This document shows positions 9,875 to 19,419 of a stretch of 64,000 nt of DNA, piece after piece. The notes beneath the pieces are model-generated. The model was not told the DNA's origin and searched no databases. It saw only the letters and a program-made list of their open reading frames with translations. The position numbers and the translations under genes are program-made. The DNA is from Promethearchaeota archaeon (GTDB lineage: Archaea > Asgardarchaeota > Lokiarchaeia > Sigyniarchaeales > SOKP01), in the NCBI GenBank assembly GCA_048938445.1, contig JBHLME010000001.1, positions 1-64,000 of the forward strand, given 5' to 3'. Each line of letters opens with the position of its first letter. Position 1 is the first letter of the stretch.

Positions 9875-10609
9875 ATGGTTTTAATATTAACTATAGATGG
9901 ATGGCTTAATGGAATAACCTCATCAATTATCGTTTTTACAAGTATAATTTTTGGAATCTTTTATATCTATAAAGGCACTAAACTTAAAGCAAATTTGCTC
10001 ATTGTAGGAGGATTTATGGCAGCATTTACTGGTTTATTATGGTCAGGACCCACTATTGATTTATTTTGGATTTTATTAACTCCTGGAAATGGGAACGTCA
10101 GTGAACTCTTCTATGTAATAATTAGTTATGTATGGGTAGCACCTGCAACTACATTTTCTTTATATCTAGGTTCTAGACTATTATTCCAAAAAAAGAAACT
10201 ACTCTCTAATATTTTTACAATCATATTTTTTGGAATTGGTATACTTTTTGAAGTAATTCTCTTCTCAACTATATTCTTAGGTACTGAATTTCTTTTTGAT
10301 ATTGATACAATTTACACTCCAGCTTTACAAATTGTTGAGGCCTCCTTTGCAAGAGGTAGTTTAGGATATTTATTAATTTTATTAATTTTAGTAGGTGTAT
10401 TGGCGATAAATGGTGTGGGATCAATAATTGCAGCTATTAAGGGAACAGGATTGGTAAGAAAAAAATTTACTTATCTATCAATCACATGGTTTCTTTTTGT
10501 AACAGTTGCGGTTTTTGATGCCTTACTACCTCCCGTTCCAATATTATTCATTGCACGAATGGGAATGGTTGTTGAGGTAATACTCTTATATCTAGCTTTG
10601 AAACCTTAG
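9875..10609 (+). CDS. Seven-TM membrane protein of unknown function (paralog-like to 31549..32292)
   Basis: About 7 hydrophobic segments, with layout similar to 31549..32292 (W.G/P in TM2, basic loop before TM6). Confidence 0.65.
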   Translation: MVLILTIDGWLNGITSSIIVFTSIIFGIFYIYKGTKLKANLLIVGGFMAAFTGLLWSGPTIDLFWILLTPGNGNVSELFYVIISYVWVAPATTFSLYLGSRLLFQKKKLLSNIFTIIFFGIGILFEVILFSTIFLGTEFLFDIDTIYTPALQIVEASFARGSLGYLLILLILVGVLAINGVGSIIAAIKGTGLVRKKFTYLSITWFLFVTVAVFDALLPPVPILFIARMGMVVEVILLYLALKP

Positions 10610-10630
10610 ATAAAATAGGTTTTTTTTTTT
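10601..10630 (+). terminator. Hairpin + poly-T terminator
   Basis: AAACCT...AGGTTT stem followed by a T run, between convergent genes. Confidence 0.4.
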
Positions 10631-10662
10631 CTTTTATTTTTTAGAGTAATTATTTTTCATAA

Positions 10663-11466
10663 TTAATTATTTCTTTTAATAGCTTGATTAAATAACCGTG
10701 TCATTTTTAACTCAAGTTTATTGGGAGGAATTAATTCTAACATTATTTCCTTAAATTTATCAATAAAACCATTCTTTAATTCATTGGGCAATACACTGAG
10801 ATAGGGAACTAATGCAGCAGCTTTAGAATAATTAATCAACTCATTTTCATCTCTAAATGTTCTATTGAACTTATAAATTTCTGTATTTATCTCTTTAAAC
10901 CCAATTTTCTTTAAAATTAATTTGGTTTCTTTAGTAGAAAGAAAACGCCAAGGAAATTCAATTGAATTGAAATATTCCTTGTATTTCGATAATTTGGAAA
11001 TTTTATAAAGTGCTTTAAAAAGAACGTTTAATTCTTTAAGACCTGTTTGAATAATCATACGCCCCTTGTCATTTAAAGCATTATAGATTAATTCATACAT
11101 CAATTCTAAATTTATAATCCAATGAATTGCAGAATTAGAGAACACTGCATCAAATTTATTTTGATACGTAATATCAAGTGCATTCATACGCAAGATCTCG
11201 ACATTATTAATTCCAAACTTTAATAAATTTTTATTAGCTTGAGATATCATATCTGTTGAGAGTTCAATTGCTGTGATTGAGCCATTTGGTATCTTTTTTG
11301 CAATTTCAATCGTGAGCATTGCATTACCACATCCAATCTCTAAAATATTTTCCCCATCCTTGGGTTTTAATCGCTCTATTGCTATCAATCCCAGTTCAAA
11401 CTGCCATCGTGAACTTTTTTGATAGAGTTCAGCATCCCATTTAAAGCTTTTTTGATTCATTATCAC
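10663..11466 (-). CDS. Class I SAM-dependent methyltransferase (trans-aconitate methyltransferase-like)
   Basis: WDAELY, ILEIGCG motif I, FDAVFSNSAIHW. Confidence 0.85.
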   Translation of the reverse strand: MIMNQKSFKWDAELYQKSSRWQFELGLIAIERLKPKDGENILEIGCGNAMLTIEIAKKIPNGSITAIELSTDMISQANKNLLKFGINNVEILRMNALDITYQNKFDAVFSNSAIHWIINLELMYELIYNALNDKGRMIIQTGLKELNVLFKALYKISKLSKYKEYFNSIEFPWRFLSTKETKLILKKIGFKEINTEIYKFNRTFRDENELINYSKAAALVPYLSVLPNELKNGFIDKFKEIMLELIPPNKLELKMTRLFNQAIKRNN

Positions 11467-11511
11467 TTATCTTTATAAAAAAGTTAACTTGGATTGTTTA
11501 TTACATGTGTC

Positions 11512-12030
11512 TTAGCTTAAATAGTTTTCAAATACTTTATAATCAGAATCAGTATATAAACAGAAAATTACCTCCTCGATTTGAGTTTCTGCTTTTAAAT
11601 ATTCTTTTGTAATAGAAATCATGATTTTTGCACATCTTCTGATAGGATAACCAAAGATACCCGTGGATATGGCGGGGAATGCTATAGATTTTAAAGAATG
11701 TTTGTCCATCAATTTAAGACTATTTAAAGTAGCATTTTTAAGCTTATTATCTTCATTTCCTTCACCCATTCTAGGACCGACAGCATGAATTACGTGTCTT
11801 GCTTTTAGATTGCCTCCAGTAGTTATTACAGCACCACCTACGATGGTCCCCCCTATTTTATTACATTCTTCTTGAATAGAAGGACCCCCTTTATTCCTAA
11901 TTGCTCCAGCAACACCCCCCCCTAAGATTAATTGTTTATTTGCTGCATTTACTATCACATCCGTGCTTAACTCAGTAATATCTCCTTGAACAAGTTTAAT
12001 TTTTGATTTACCAATTTTTAATTCTTTCAT
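11512..12030 (-). CDS. Macro domain protein (O-acetyl-ADP-ribose deacetylase / ADP-ribosylhydrolase, MacroD-like)
   Basis: GDIT, IVNAAN..L..GGGVAGAI, VIHAVGP, SIAFPAISTGIFGYP. Confidence 0.95.
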   Translation of the reverse strand: MKELKIGKSKIKLVQGDITELSTDVIVNAANKQLILGGGVAGAIRNKGGPSIQEECNKIGGTIVGGAVITTGGNLKARHVIHAVGPRMGEGNEDNKLKNATLNSLKLMDKHSLKSIAFPAISTGIFGYPIRRCAKIMISITKEYLKAETQIEEVIFCLYTDSDYKVFENYLS

Positions 12031-12296
12031 TTATGCCCACCATCTTAATTTTTTAAATAAAAGATTTAATTGATGATGATACAATCAATTAAGTGATATT
12101 ATTAGAAATTAGTTTTTATAATATTAGTTTTTTCAAAATTAAAATGATTTACGCGAAAAATTATATTTTATGAAAACTTGATTAAGAAAATTTATAATAT
12201 CCTAAAATATTTAAAAAGTATATGATTAACACTTAAGAAAGTTTTAAGTTCATAAAAAATAAGGTTAATGGTAAAAATAAGTTTTAAAGGATCTAA

Positions 12297-13235
12297 ATGA
12301 TATCAAGGATTTTAGTTATTGCTTCGGGGGGTTTAATCGCATATGCTAAGTCTTTTGTTGGAGAAACAATTGATCAGTATCTCAATGAAATCTCAGAATC
12401 AGATTTAATCGGAGGTTTTATTTCAGCAATTAGTAATTTTGCAATGGAGATTAAAGGAGGACGAGTGAATTCCCTAAATTTTAAACATTTTAATATCATT
12501 TTCACGAGTGATGAAGAACTTGATATAATGTTTGTTCTAATATGTGATATTGATGATATAGAAGAAGAAGTAAGAGAAAAAGCGGAGTTATTAAAAACAG
12601 AGTTTTTAAAGAGGTATAAAGAAAACATAATAAAATGGACCGGTGAAATAAGTATATTTCAAGGAATTGATCAATATGTGGAAGAAAATATATTCATACC
12701 ACCAAAAATTCTATTAGTAGGAGAAAATGGTGTAGGTAAATCAACTATCATGGATTTATTCCCTGGAGAAGTTGTCATTCAATTAGATGATGACTTGAAT
12801 GAGATAATACAAAAACCTATTAATGTATCAGGTTTAGACCTAAAACAATTTATCTTAAGAGAAATAAATATTAATGATTTAATTGATAATTCAAAACATT
12901 ATAGAACCTTATTAAATTCGGTCGATGTAATTTGTCTTGTAACTAATTCTGCGGCAAGTAATCTTGGGCGAACTAAGAAACTATATGAAATATTAAAACA
13001 AAAAGTTAAAAGAGCAGATTTCTATATCATTGCTAATTTTCAAAATGTCAAGGAACAAGCATTTGATCCTCTAAAAATTGAGGAGTCATATGGTGTAAAA
13101 ACTTATGGTTTTTCAGCTACTAGTTCAAAGGCAAAAAAAGAAATATTCAAAATCACGGTTGAAATATTAAAGACTTCAATACTTGAGAAAATCAAGTCAA
13201 GTCAGAGAGAAGTAACGCAAGATAATCAGATATAA
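12297..13235 (+). CDS. Longin-domain protein fused to a divergent small-GTPase-like domain
   Basis: N-terminal longin pattern (GL....F, DLIGGFISAI..FA.E, F..RY) and P-loop GENGVGKS. G3 and G4 are non-canonical (LREIN, ANFQN); G5-like FSAT. Confidence 0.75.
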   Translation: MISRILVIASGGLIAYAKSFVGETIDQYLNEISESDLIGGFISAISNFAMEIKGGRVNSLNFKHFNIIFTSDEELDIMFVLICDIDDIEEEVREKAELLKTEFLKRYKENIIKWTGEISIFQGIDQYVEENIFIPPKILLVGENGVGKSTIMDLFPGEVVIQLDDDLNEIIQKPINVSGLDLKQFILREININDLIDNSKHYRTLLNSVDVICLVTNSAASNLGRTKKLYEILKQKVKRADFYIIANFQNVKEQAFDPLKIEESYGVKTYGFSATSSKAKKEIFKITVEILKTSILEKIKSSQREVTQDNQI

Positions 13236-13265
13236 TTATTTACATAAATACTTAGAAGAGAAAAA

Positions 13266-13799
13266 ATGACCATTGATGAAGATTTTGTTTTTCCAATATA
13301 TATCTCTCAGAAGGTATTGCAGCAAATTATAAAAATCTGTAAAAATAATAGATTTGAGGTATTTGGGTATCTTGTGGGAGAACGATACACGTGGAAACAA
13401 AAAAATTACGTAATAATTAACCATTATCTTTTTAAAGAAGAAGCTGTTCATGGAATGAGAGCTTTAGTTGAAGAATCTGGAGAAACTAACATTGCCCATG
13501 ACGATAGAGATAGATTGGATACAATAGAATTTGAATTTCTTAAATATGTAGATGAATTTGAAAAATTGAAAAGAAAGGAAAATAATGACAACTTACTTAA
13601 TATTGGTTGGTGGCATTCTCATCCAGGATTTGGATGTTTTTTAAGTCATATTGACATCGCAACACAAAAAGATATTTTTTTTCAACCATATCATGTGGCT
13701 TTAGTGGTTGATCCTATAAGAAACGAGTTAGCCTTTTTTACATTAGATAAAAATTCTAAGAAGGGATATCGAGAAATAGATTTTGCTACAATAGCTTAA
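13266..13799 (+). CDS. JAB/MPN+ metalloprotease (Rpn11/CSN5-like deubiquitinase)
   Basis: Catalytic Glu in EVFGYLVG and JAMM motif GWWHSHPGFGCFLSHIDIATQ, plus ALVVDP. Confidence 0.95.
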   Translation: MTIDEDFVFPIYISQKVLQQIIKICKNNRFEVFGYLVGERYTWKQKNYVIINHYLFKEEAVHGMRALVEESGETNIAHDDRDRLDTIEFEFLKYVDEFEKLKRKENNDNLLNIGWWHSHPGFGCFLSHIDIATQKDIFFQPYHVALVVDPIRNELAFFTLDKNSKKGYREIDFATIA

Positions 13800-13822
13800 T
13801 TAATATTGAGATTTAAGTAATA

Positions 13823-14698
13823 ATGTTTGAAAATAATTCTGATTACGAAATCGTTGAAGAAGAATCAATTGATGATGACATGTATGACCGTCAAAAAAGA
13901 ATTAAAGGATGGGATCAAAAAAAGATATCTAATGCTGCAGTGATGGTTATTGGTGCCGGAGCCACGGGAAATGAAGTCGTAAAAAATTTAGTACTGTTTG
14001 GAATTGGAAAAATTATTCTTGTTGATTATGACTTCATAAATATTTCAAATTTGAATAGGTGTGTTCTCTTTAATATCAAGAGTGCTGAAAAAAAAGAATA
14101 TAAAGCAGATGTAGTTAAAGAAGCGTGTAGAGATTTAAATCCAAATGTTGAAATAATCGCATTAAAAGAAAACTTGGAAGATATTGATAAGAATTTCTAT
14201 AAATGTGATGTTATTTGCTCTTGTGTCGATAATATTGAAGCGCGATTACAAGCCAATAATTATGCTTATTATTATGGTACTCCATTTATAGATAGTGGAA
14301 TCGATGAGTTTTTTGGTAGCGTTCAAGCGGTTTACTCCGGAATGGAAGAAACTGCATGTTTACAATGTGGTATTTCAAATGCAGATTTAGACTTAATGTG
14401 GAAAAAATTTTCTTGTACTGGAGAAGAAATTGAATCTGAAAATGGAGAAACGGTTGGAAAAATGGCGACTATTATAACAACAACCTCAATAATTGGTGGA
14501 ATTCAAGCGCAACAAGTCCTCAAATTCATTTTAGGCATTGAAAATTTTAAAGAGCATGGAAAGTGGAATCCTTACATTGGAGATCCGCTTATTGGAAAAC
14601 AATTAAATTATAATGGTTATACCAATAAGTTTGAAATTATTGAAAAATTAAAAAATCCAGAATGTTGGACTTGTTCGTATAACAAAATGAAAAAATAA
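13823..14698 (+). CDS. E1 ubiquitin-like activating enzyme (ThiF/UBA family)
   Basis: YDRQ, GAGATGNE, D.D....SNLNR, DN.EAR, zinc pairs CLQC and CWTC, candidate catalytic Cys in FSCT. Confidence 0.95.
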   Translation: MFENNSDYEIVEEESIDDDMYDRQKRIKGWDQKKISNAAVMVIGAGATGNEVVKNLVLFGIGKIILVDYDFINISNLNRCVLFNIKSAEKKEYKADVVKEACRDLNPNVEIIALKENLEDIDKNFYKCDVICSCVDNIEARLQANNYAYYYGTPFIDSGIDEFFGSVQAVYSGMEETACLQCGISNADLDLMWKKFSCTGEEIESENGETVGKMATIITTTSIIGGIQAQQVLKFILGIENFKEHGKWNPYIGDPLIGKQLNYNGYTNKFEIIEKLKNPECWTCSYNKMKK

Positions 14699-14764
14699 TA
14701 AAAATAAATAATCAAAAAATTTCTATATTAATATTAAGAATTAATAAAATAAACGATTTGAAAG

Positions 14765-15313
14765 ATGCCAGAATTACCGTTTGAAATTTGGAAAGATAGA
14801 ATTGATAATGAAATCAAGGGATTAGAGAGATTGAACGTTCTCGAAAAAGAATCTGTAATTAAAGATGAAGATGCGGTTGAGATGATTATAAACATTGATG
14901 CTTTCGGATTTATTAAAGAAATGGGTGAACTTAAGCCTAAAAAATCTCATCGTATTTATTTAAAGATTAATAGATCTTTCCCCTATCCTGGCGGAATAGA
15001 TTTTTCATGGTATTCCCCTATTTATCATCCCAATATACATCCTGTTCAATTAGATAATGGAAAACCTGGAACAGGATACATTTGCTTAAATGTTTTGAAA
15101 AAATGGTCACGTCTATCTGACTTAGATACTACTGTGAAAGCATTAAAAATGTTAGTAGAAAATCCAAACCCTGAAGATCCGCTTAATTATGATGTATGTC
15201 TAGATGCAACTGAATTTTTCAAAAATAACTCAATGGAAGAACTAAAGAAAAGATATGATTTTCAATCCACTGAAGATGAAGATAATAATGATATTATAAT
15301 CCTCGATGACTAA
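14765..15313 (+). CDS. E2 ubiquitin-conjugating enzyme (UBC fold)
   Basis: FPY, IYHPNI motif, catalytic Cys in GYICLNVL, W, and NPNPEDPLN. Confidence 0.95.
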   Translation: MPELPFEIWKDRIDNEIKGLERLNVLEKESVIKDEDAVEMIINIDAFGFIKEMGELKPKKSHRIYLKINRSFPYPGGIDFSWYSPIYHPNIHPVQLDNGKPGTGYICLNVLKKWSRLSDLDTTVKALKMLVENPNPEDPLNYDVCLDATEFFKNNSMEELKKRYDFQSTEDEDNNDIIILDD

Positions 15314-15335
15314 ACCTTTAGATGGTGTTGATAAA

Positions 15336-15464
15336 ATGGGAGAAGACGATTATCATTCTGTTGACGATTCAATAGAAATTGAGGAGCCTAAAATTATGGA
15401 AAAAAAACCACCTAATGATAAAATAATTGCTCATTATTTAGTTAGTAAAATGGAGAAGAAATAA
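15336..15464 (+). CDS. Small 42-aa protein at the end of the E1-E2 operon (not in the ORF track)
   Basis: MGEDDYHSVDDSIEIEEPKIMEKKPPNDKIIAHYLVSKMEKK. GGTG SD-like motif 8 nt upstream; starts 22 nt after the E2 stop and fills the gap to the Ubl gene. Confidence 0.5.
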   Translation: MGEDDYHSVDDSIEIEEPKIMEKKPPNDKIIAHYLVSKMEKK

Positions 15465-15488
15465 ATCAATCTTGTATATAATAAGAAA

Positions 15489-15743
15489 TTATCCCCCAAC
15501 TACTCTTGCCCATAGAGCTAATTTATCGTTTTCTTTAAGGCCAAATTTATGAATTGCGTCTTGAATCGTTATTGCAGGAGGTAATTCCTTCCCATTAAGT
15601 ACTAAAGTATAGCTTCTTTGTTCTGCACTTATTATTCCCATGTGCTTAACAATAATATCAACTATACGTTCAATTTTATGGTGTTCTTTTACATCTAATT
15701 TAATTAATTTACCCGTCCGTGAATCCTCAACCTGAATTCTCAT
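15489..15743 (-). CDS. Ubiquitin-like protein
   Basis: 84 aa with a beta-grasp pattern (MRIQV...GK.I.LDV...LVLNGKEL....TI......L.END.L.L) ending RVVGG-stop. Confidence 0.92.
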   Translation of the reverse strand: MRIQVEDSRTGKLIKLDVKEHHKIERIVDIIVKHMGIISAEQRSYTLVLNGKELPPAITIQDAIHKFGLKENDKLALWARVVGG

Positions 15744-15903
15744 AATAATGCCTTTAATTTTTGTATTTCTTTGTATGCTATTTGATTTTAATATAGGTAA
15801 TATTTAATAATCTATGTATTAAAAGTTTGCTAAAAATAATTTTTATAATATCTAAAGATAAAAAAGTAGTAAAAACCGAGATATTAGCTCACTTAAGATA
15901 TTT

Positions 15904-16650
15904 TTATTTATGATCATCTTCATGATCGTGTTCATGATCATGTGGTTGTCCCTTATGTAAGATCTCATCTAATTTTGCTCTATCTTCATCCGACATTTTG
16001 CTCATTGCTTCCATTTGTTGTTTTATCAGAGATTTCATGAAATTATTAGAAATAATCTGACTTAAAATTGGTAATGAAATTCTCATTCTGGTTAATTCTA
16101 AGAACATTATTTTGGCAATCTCTCTCATTTCTTTGAGCTCTTCTTTTGTCATGCCCTCTTCCCCGATACCCGGACAATTTTCATCAACTATGATAAAATT
16201 TGTACCATTAAATTCTAAAGGATAAGTCCGACAACTTAATGGTCGATTATCATAAATCAAGCATTTTTTTTGCTCCTTGTTATACAGAGGACATTTCTGA
16301 TCTAATAATTTTTCTAAAGGTACTGTCGCAAAGGGATCTTGTTGTTGATTTTCTGGAGTTCCTCCTGATTCTTGGGGAGCGAGGGGTTTTAAAATTAAAT
16401 CAAATCCTCCATCAGGTTTATTATATATATCTAAGTATGGTAAAAAATTAGCTATAACACCATTTTTAGCCCATAATTCTAAATCCCATGTAGTTATTGG
16501 AATTGGACCTCTTGCTACACAACAATCATCACATCGAGTACATTTAAATGTAAATTTTGCTTTAGGTTTTTCTTCTTCAACTTTTTCTTCTTCTTTCTTT
16601 ATTTCTTCTTTAACTTCTGCACTATCATCCTTTTGATTATTTTCTGTCAA
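15904..16650 (-). CDS. YkgJ-family cysteine-cluster protein with His/Asp-rich tail
   Basis: FKCTRCDDCC, CPLY...C.IY..RP..CR.YP, CPGIG; tail HDHEHDHEDDHK. Confidence 0.85.
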   Translation of the reverse strand: MTENNQKDDSAEVKEEIKKEEEKVEEEKPKAKFTFKCTRCDDCCVARGPIPITTWDLELWAKNGVIANFLPYLDIYNKPDGGFDLILKPLAPQESGGTPENQQQDPFATVPLEKLLDQKCPLYNKEQKKCLIYDNRPLSCRTYPLEFNGTNFIIVDENCPGIGEEGMTKEELKEMREIAKIMFLELTRMRISLPILSQIISNNFMKSLIKQQMEAMSKMSDEDRAKLDEILHKGQPHDHEHDHEDDHK

Positions 16651-16770
16651 GAATTATCACTTCTTAAAGTTGAATTTTTTATTAATTAGTATATTTCATC
16701 TATTAGAATTCCTCTTAATAAAAAAATTTTTCTTAAATATTTTAAATTTCTTAAATAATATAGTATTTGA

Positions 16771-19269
16771 TTAAATACTATTTTTTGATTGAAAATTAAA
16801 ATTTATTTCTAATTGTTCTAATGTCATTTCGATAGTATCTTTTTGAAATTCATTTTTTTCTCCAAAATCTCTAAGAAACATTTCTACTTCTATCTTGTAT
16901 TTTAGACCTCCTAAAGGAATTAAACTAGAGATTGAACGTCCCATAACAAATAATCCACCTTTTTCTATAGTAGATATGTTTTTCTTAAACCAAGGCCAAA
17001 TTTTCTCAAGAGCTTTTAGATTGCTACCAATTCGATAGAAAACAGTATTCCATGTTTGAGGTGGAATATCTTTAAGAGTAATATCAAGTATGTCTGGAAT
17101 TATTTGTTCATTTTTAATGCACCCCATCGCTTCATAAATATATAATTTTTCTATTTGTGGTAATTCCCCTGATTTGATTTTTTTCTTAAATAGATCCATT
17201 GCTCCACCATGAAGATTAGCACCTATTTTCAAAATGCTAGAAATTAAATCTTGATGGACTTTTTTTCCTGAAAAATAATCTTCAAACTTCTTAAGTCCAA
17301 ATTCAGCGATAGATTTTGATCCTAAGGAAAATCCCACCCATAGTAATGAGTTCCTTAAAATTGAAGTAGGTATTTTTTCATTTTCTTGGGGTTCCAACTC
17401 AATTCTCTCTAAAATTTTCTCAGTGATTTGTATGCCAATTTTACTAATCAATTCTCTTTTCGATTCAGCAAGAAGGTAAGAATTCATTAAATTCGAAAGT
17501 AAATCCACCATAGGTAAATAATCATCTTCTTCCGTGTAATAATCACTGATGAATTCAAGATATCGATCTAATTTGATTTCACCACATTTGACAAGTGCAT
17601 ATAGATCATTTTGAATGCCATACCTATCAACTGGAGACAATGTTTTGTCAAGTATTAATTCACCTAATTTTTTTAATTCTTTAGGTTCATATTTTATACG
17701 ATAGAAACCTTTTTGACCAGCATTCAACTTAAAAGTAGCTATATCTGGAGGCATATTAATTTCGTAGTTTTTTTGATCAAATATGATTTCAATAAATATG
17801 GAATTACCATCTTTTTTAAATAGTTCTATATTGCAATGGATTAACCAATTTAATTCTGATTCATAGGGTAAATATGTAAATCTATTTTGAATTATATTAA
17901 GTTTGTCTCCATCCCTACTAACCTGAATGATTGGATATCCCGGTTGATTTACCCAACTACTTGCAAAATTCTTTACCTCTTTACCTGTAGAATCCTCAAA
18001 AGCATTCCAATATTGTTCTGTATTAGCACAATCATATTTATAGATGTTTAGGAAATGTGCAATTCCTTTTTTAAAGTCTTGTTCTCCTAAATATCCAACT
18101 AACATCCTTAAAATTGAAGCCCCTTTATTATAAACAATTCCAACCTTCGCTGGAGTTATAAAAATCTCCTCTTCCTCTGTCAATTCTACCGGAAAGGTGT
18201 TTATTAAACCATCTCTATTTAAAGCATTTGTATAATATTGCACTATAAAATGATCCCATGAGTGCCATTCGGGAAAATATTGATCAGGAATAGCATAAGT
18301 AAAATAAGAAGCAAAAGATTCATTTAACCAAATATATTTCCAATCAATTGGACTCACCAAATCTCCAAACCAGAAATGAGATACTTCATGAGCAATTACA
18401 CTACCAACGTGAAATTTATCTAATTGTGAAGTCAAATCTGGATATACTAGTAATAAATTTTCACGAAAAGTAATAGCACCATAATTTTCCATGGCACCAA
18501 AGGGAAAATCTGGTACCGCGATAAGGTCACATTTCGAAATTGGATATTTTAATGAAGTGAATTTTTCACAATAATCCAAGGATTTAATTGCCATATCAAT
18601 ACCTAAATTCCCATAAATTGTTTTTCCTGGAGTGGTTACTAACCTTACTATGTAATTTGAAGTTTTTTTCTCTTTGATTTCAAACTTGCCTACACCAAAA
18701 AACAATAAATATGTGCTCATTTTTGGCGTCGATTCAAATTTAATTAATTTTTTTCCATCACCAATTTTTAATTCTTCCTTAATTGATGTATTTGATATTC
18801 CAATAAGATCATCATCAATAATAAATTCCACGTTAAATATTGCTTTCATAGAAGGGTGGTCAATGCAAGGAAATACGCGTCTAGCATAAATTTCTTCTAG
18901 TTGCGAAGCGATAACATAATTCACTTTATTATCAAATTCATATTTACTCCTATAAAGTCCTAAGAGGTCCGCATGAAATCTTCCTTCATGAATTACTTTC
19001 AATAAAATAGAATCCGATGCATGTTCAGACAGTAATATTTTCATTTCTAATTTTTCATTATTCACATCAAAATTACAATTTTTGAACATTCCATTTTCTT
19101 CGATTAGACATTCTTTAATATTTAGAGAATCACAATTTAAAATAACAGATTGAATATTTTCTTCAGATTTTAAAGAAATTTGTGTATAACCAGAGAATTT
19201 TTCTGAATTTACATCAAGTTCCAAACGTATTAAATAATTTATAGGGTAAACTTTACCACGTGCATTCAT
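16771..19269 (-). CDS. M1 family aminopeptidase (tricorn-interacting factor F2/F3 / puromycin-sensitive type)
   Basis: GAMENYG exopeptidase motif, HEVSH-x18-E (WLNES), YNKGA, ERAP1-like C-terminal region. Confidence 0.95.
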   Translation of the reverse strand: MNARGKVYPINYLIRLELDVNSEKFSGYTQISLKSEENIQSVILNCDSLNIKECLIEENGMFKNCNFDVNNEKLEMKILLSEHASDSILLKVIHEGRFHADLLGLYRSKYEFDNKVNYVIASQLEEIYARRVFPCIDHPSMKAIFNVEFIIDDDLIGISNTSIKEELKIGDGKKLIKFESTPKMSTYLLFFGVGKFEIKEKKTSNYIVRLVTTPGKTIYGNLGIDMAIKSLDYCEKFTSLKYPISKCDLIAVPDFPFGAMENYGAITFRENLLLVYPDLTSQLDKFHVGSVIAHEVSHFWFGDLVSPIDWKYIWLNESFASYFTYAIPDQYFPEWHSWDHFIVQYYTNALNRDGLINTFPVELTEEEEIFITPAKVGIVYNKGASILRMLVGYLGEQDFKKGIAHFLNIYKYDCANTEQYWNAFEDSTGKEVKNFASSWVNQPGYPIIQVSRDGDKLNIIQNRFTYLPYESELNWLIHCNIELFKKDGNSIFIEIIFDQKNYEINMPPDIATFKLNAGQKGFYRIKYEPKELKKLGELILDKTLSPVDRYGIQNDLYALVKCGEIKLDRYLEFISDYYTEEDDYLPMVDLLSNLMNSYLLAESKRELISKIGIQITEKILERIELEPQENEKIPTSILRNSLLWVGFSLGSKSIAEFGLKKFEDYFSGKKVHQDLISSILKIGANLHGGAMDLFKKKIKSGELPQIEKLYIYEAMGCIKNEQIIPDILDITLKDIPPQTWNTVFYRIGSNLKALEKIWPWFKKNISTIEKGGLFVMGRSISSLIPLGGLKYKIEVEMFLRDFGEKNEFQKDTIEMTLEQLEINFNFQSKNSI

Positions 19270-19419
19270 ATTTTATCATGTTAATTTCTTTTTTGTAATT
19301 ATTTTAAGGAAAAAATAGTATATTTAAATCAAATTATTAATAGAATTGAATTAACATATTTATTTATTTCATTTTATATTCATAAAATAATATTACTAAT
19401 ATAATCATAGAGATGAAAA

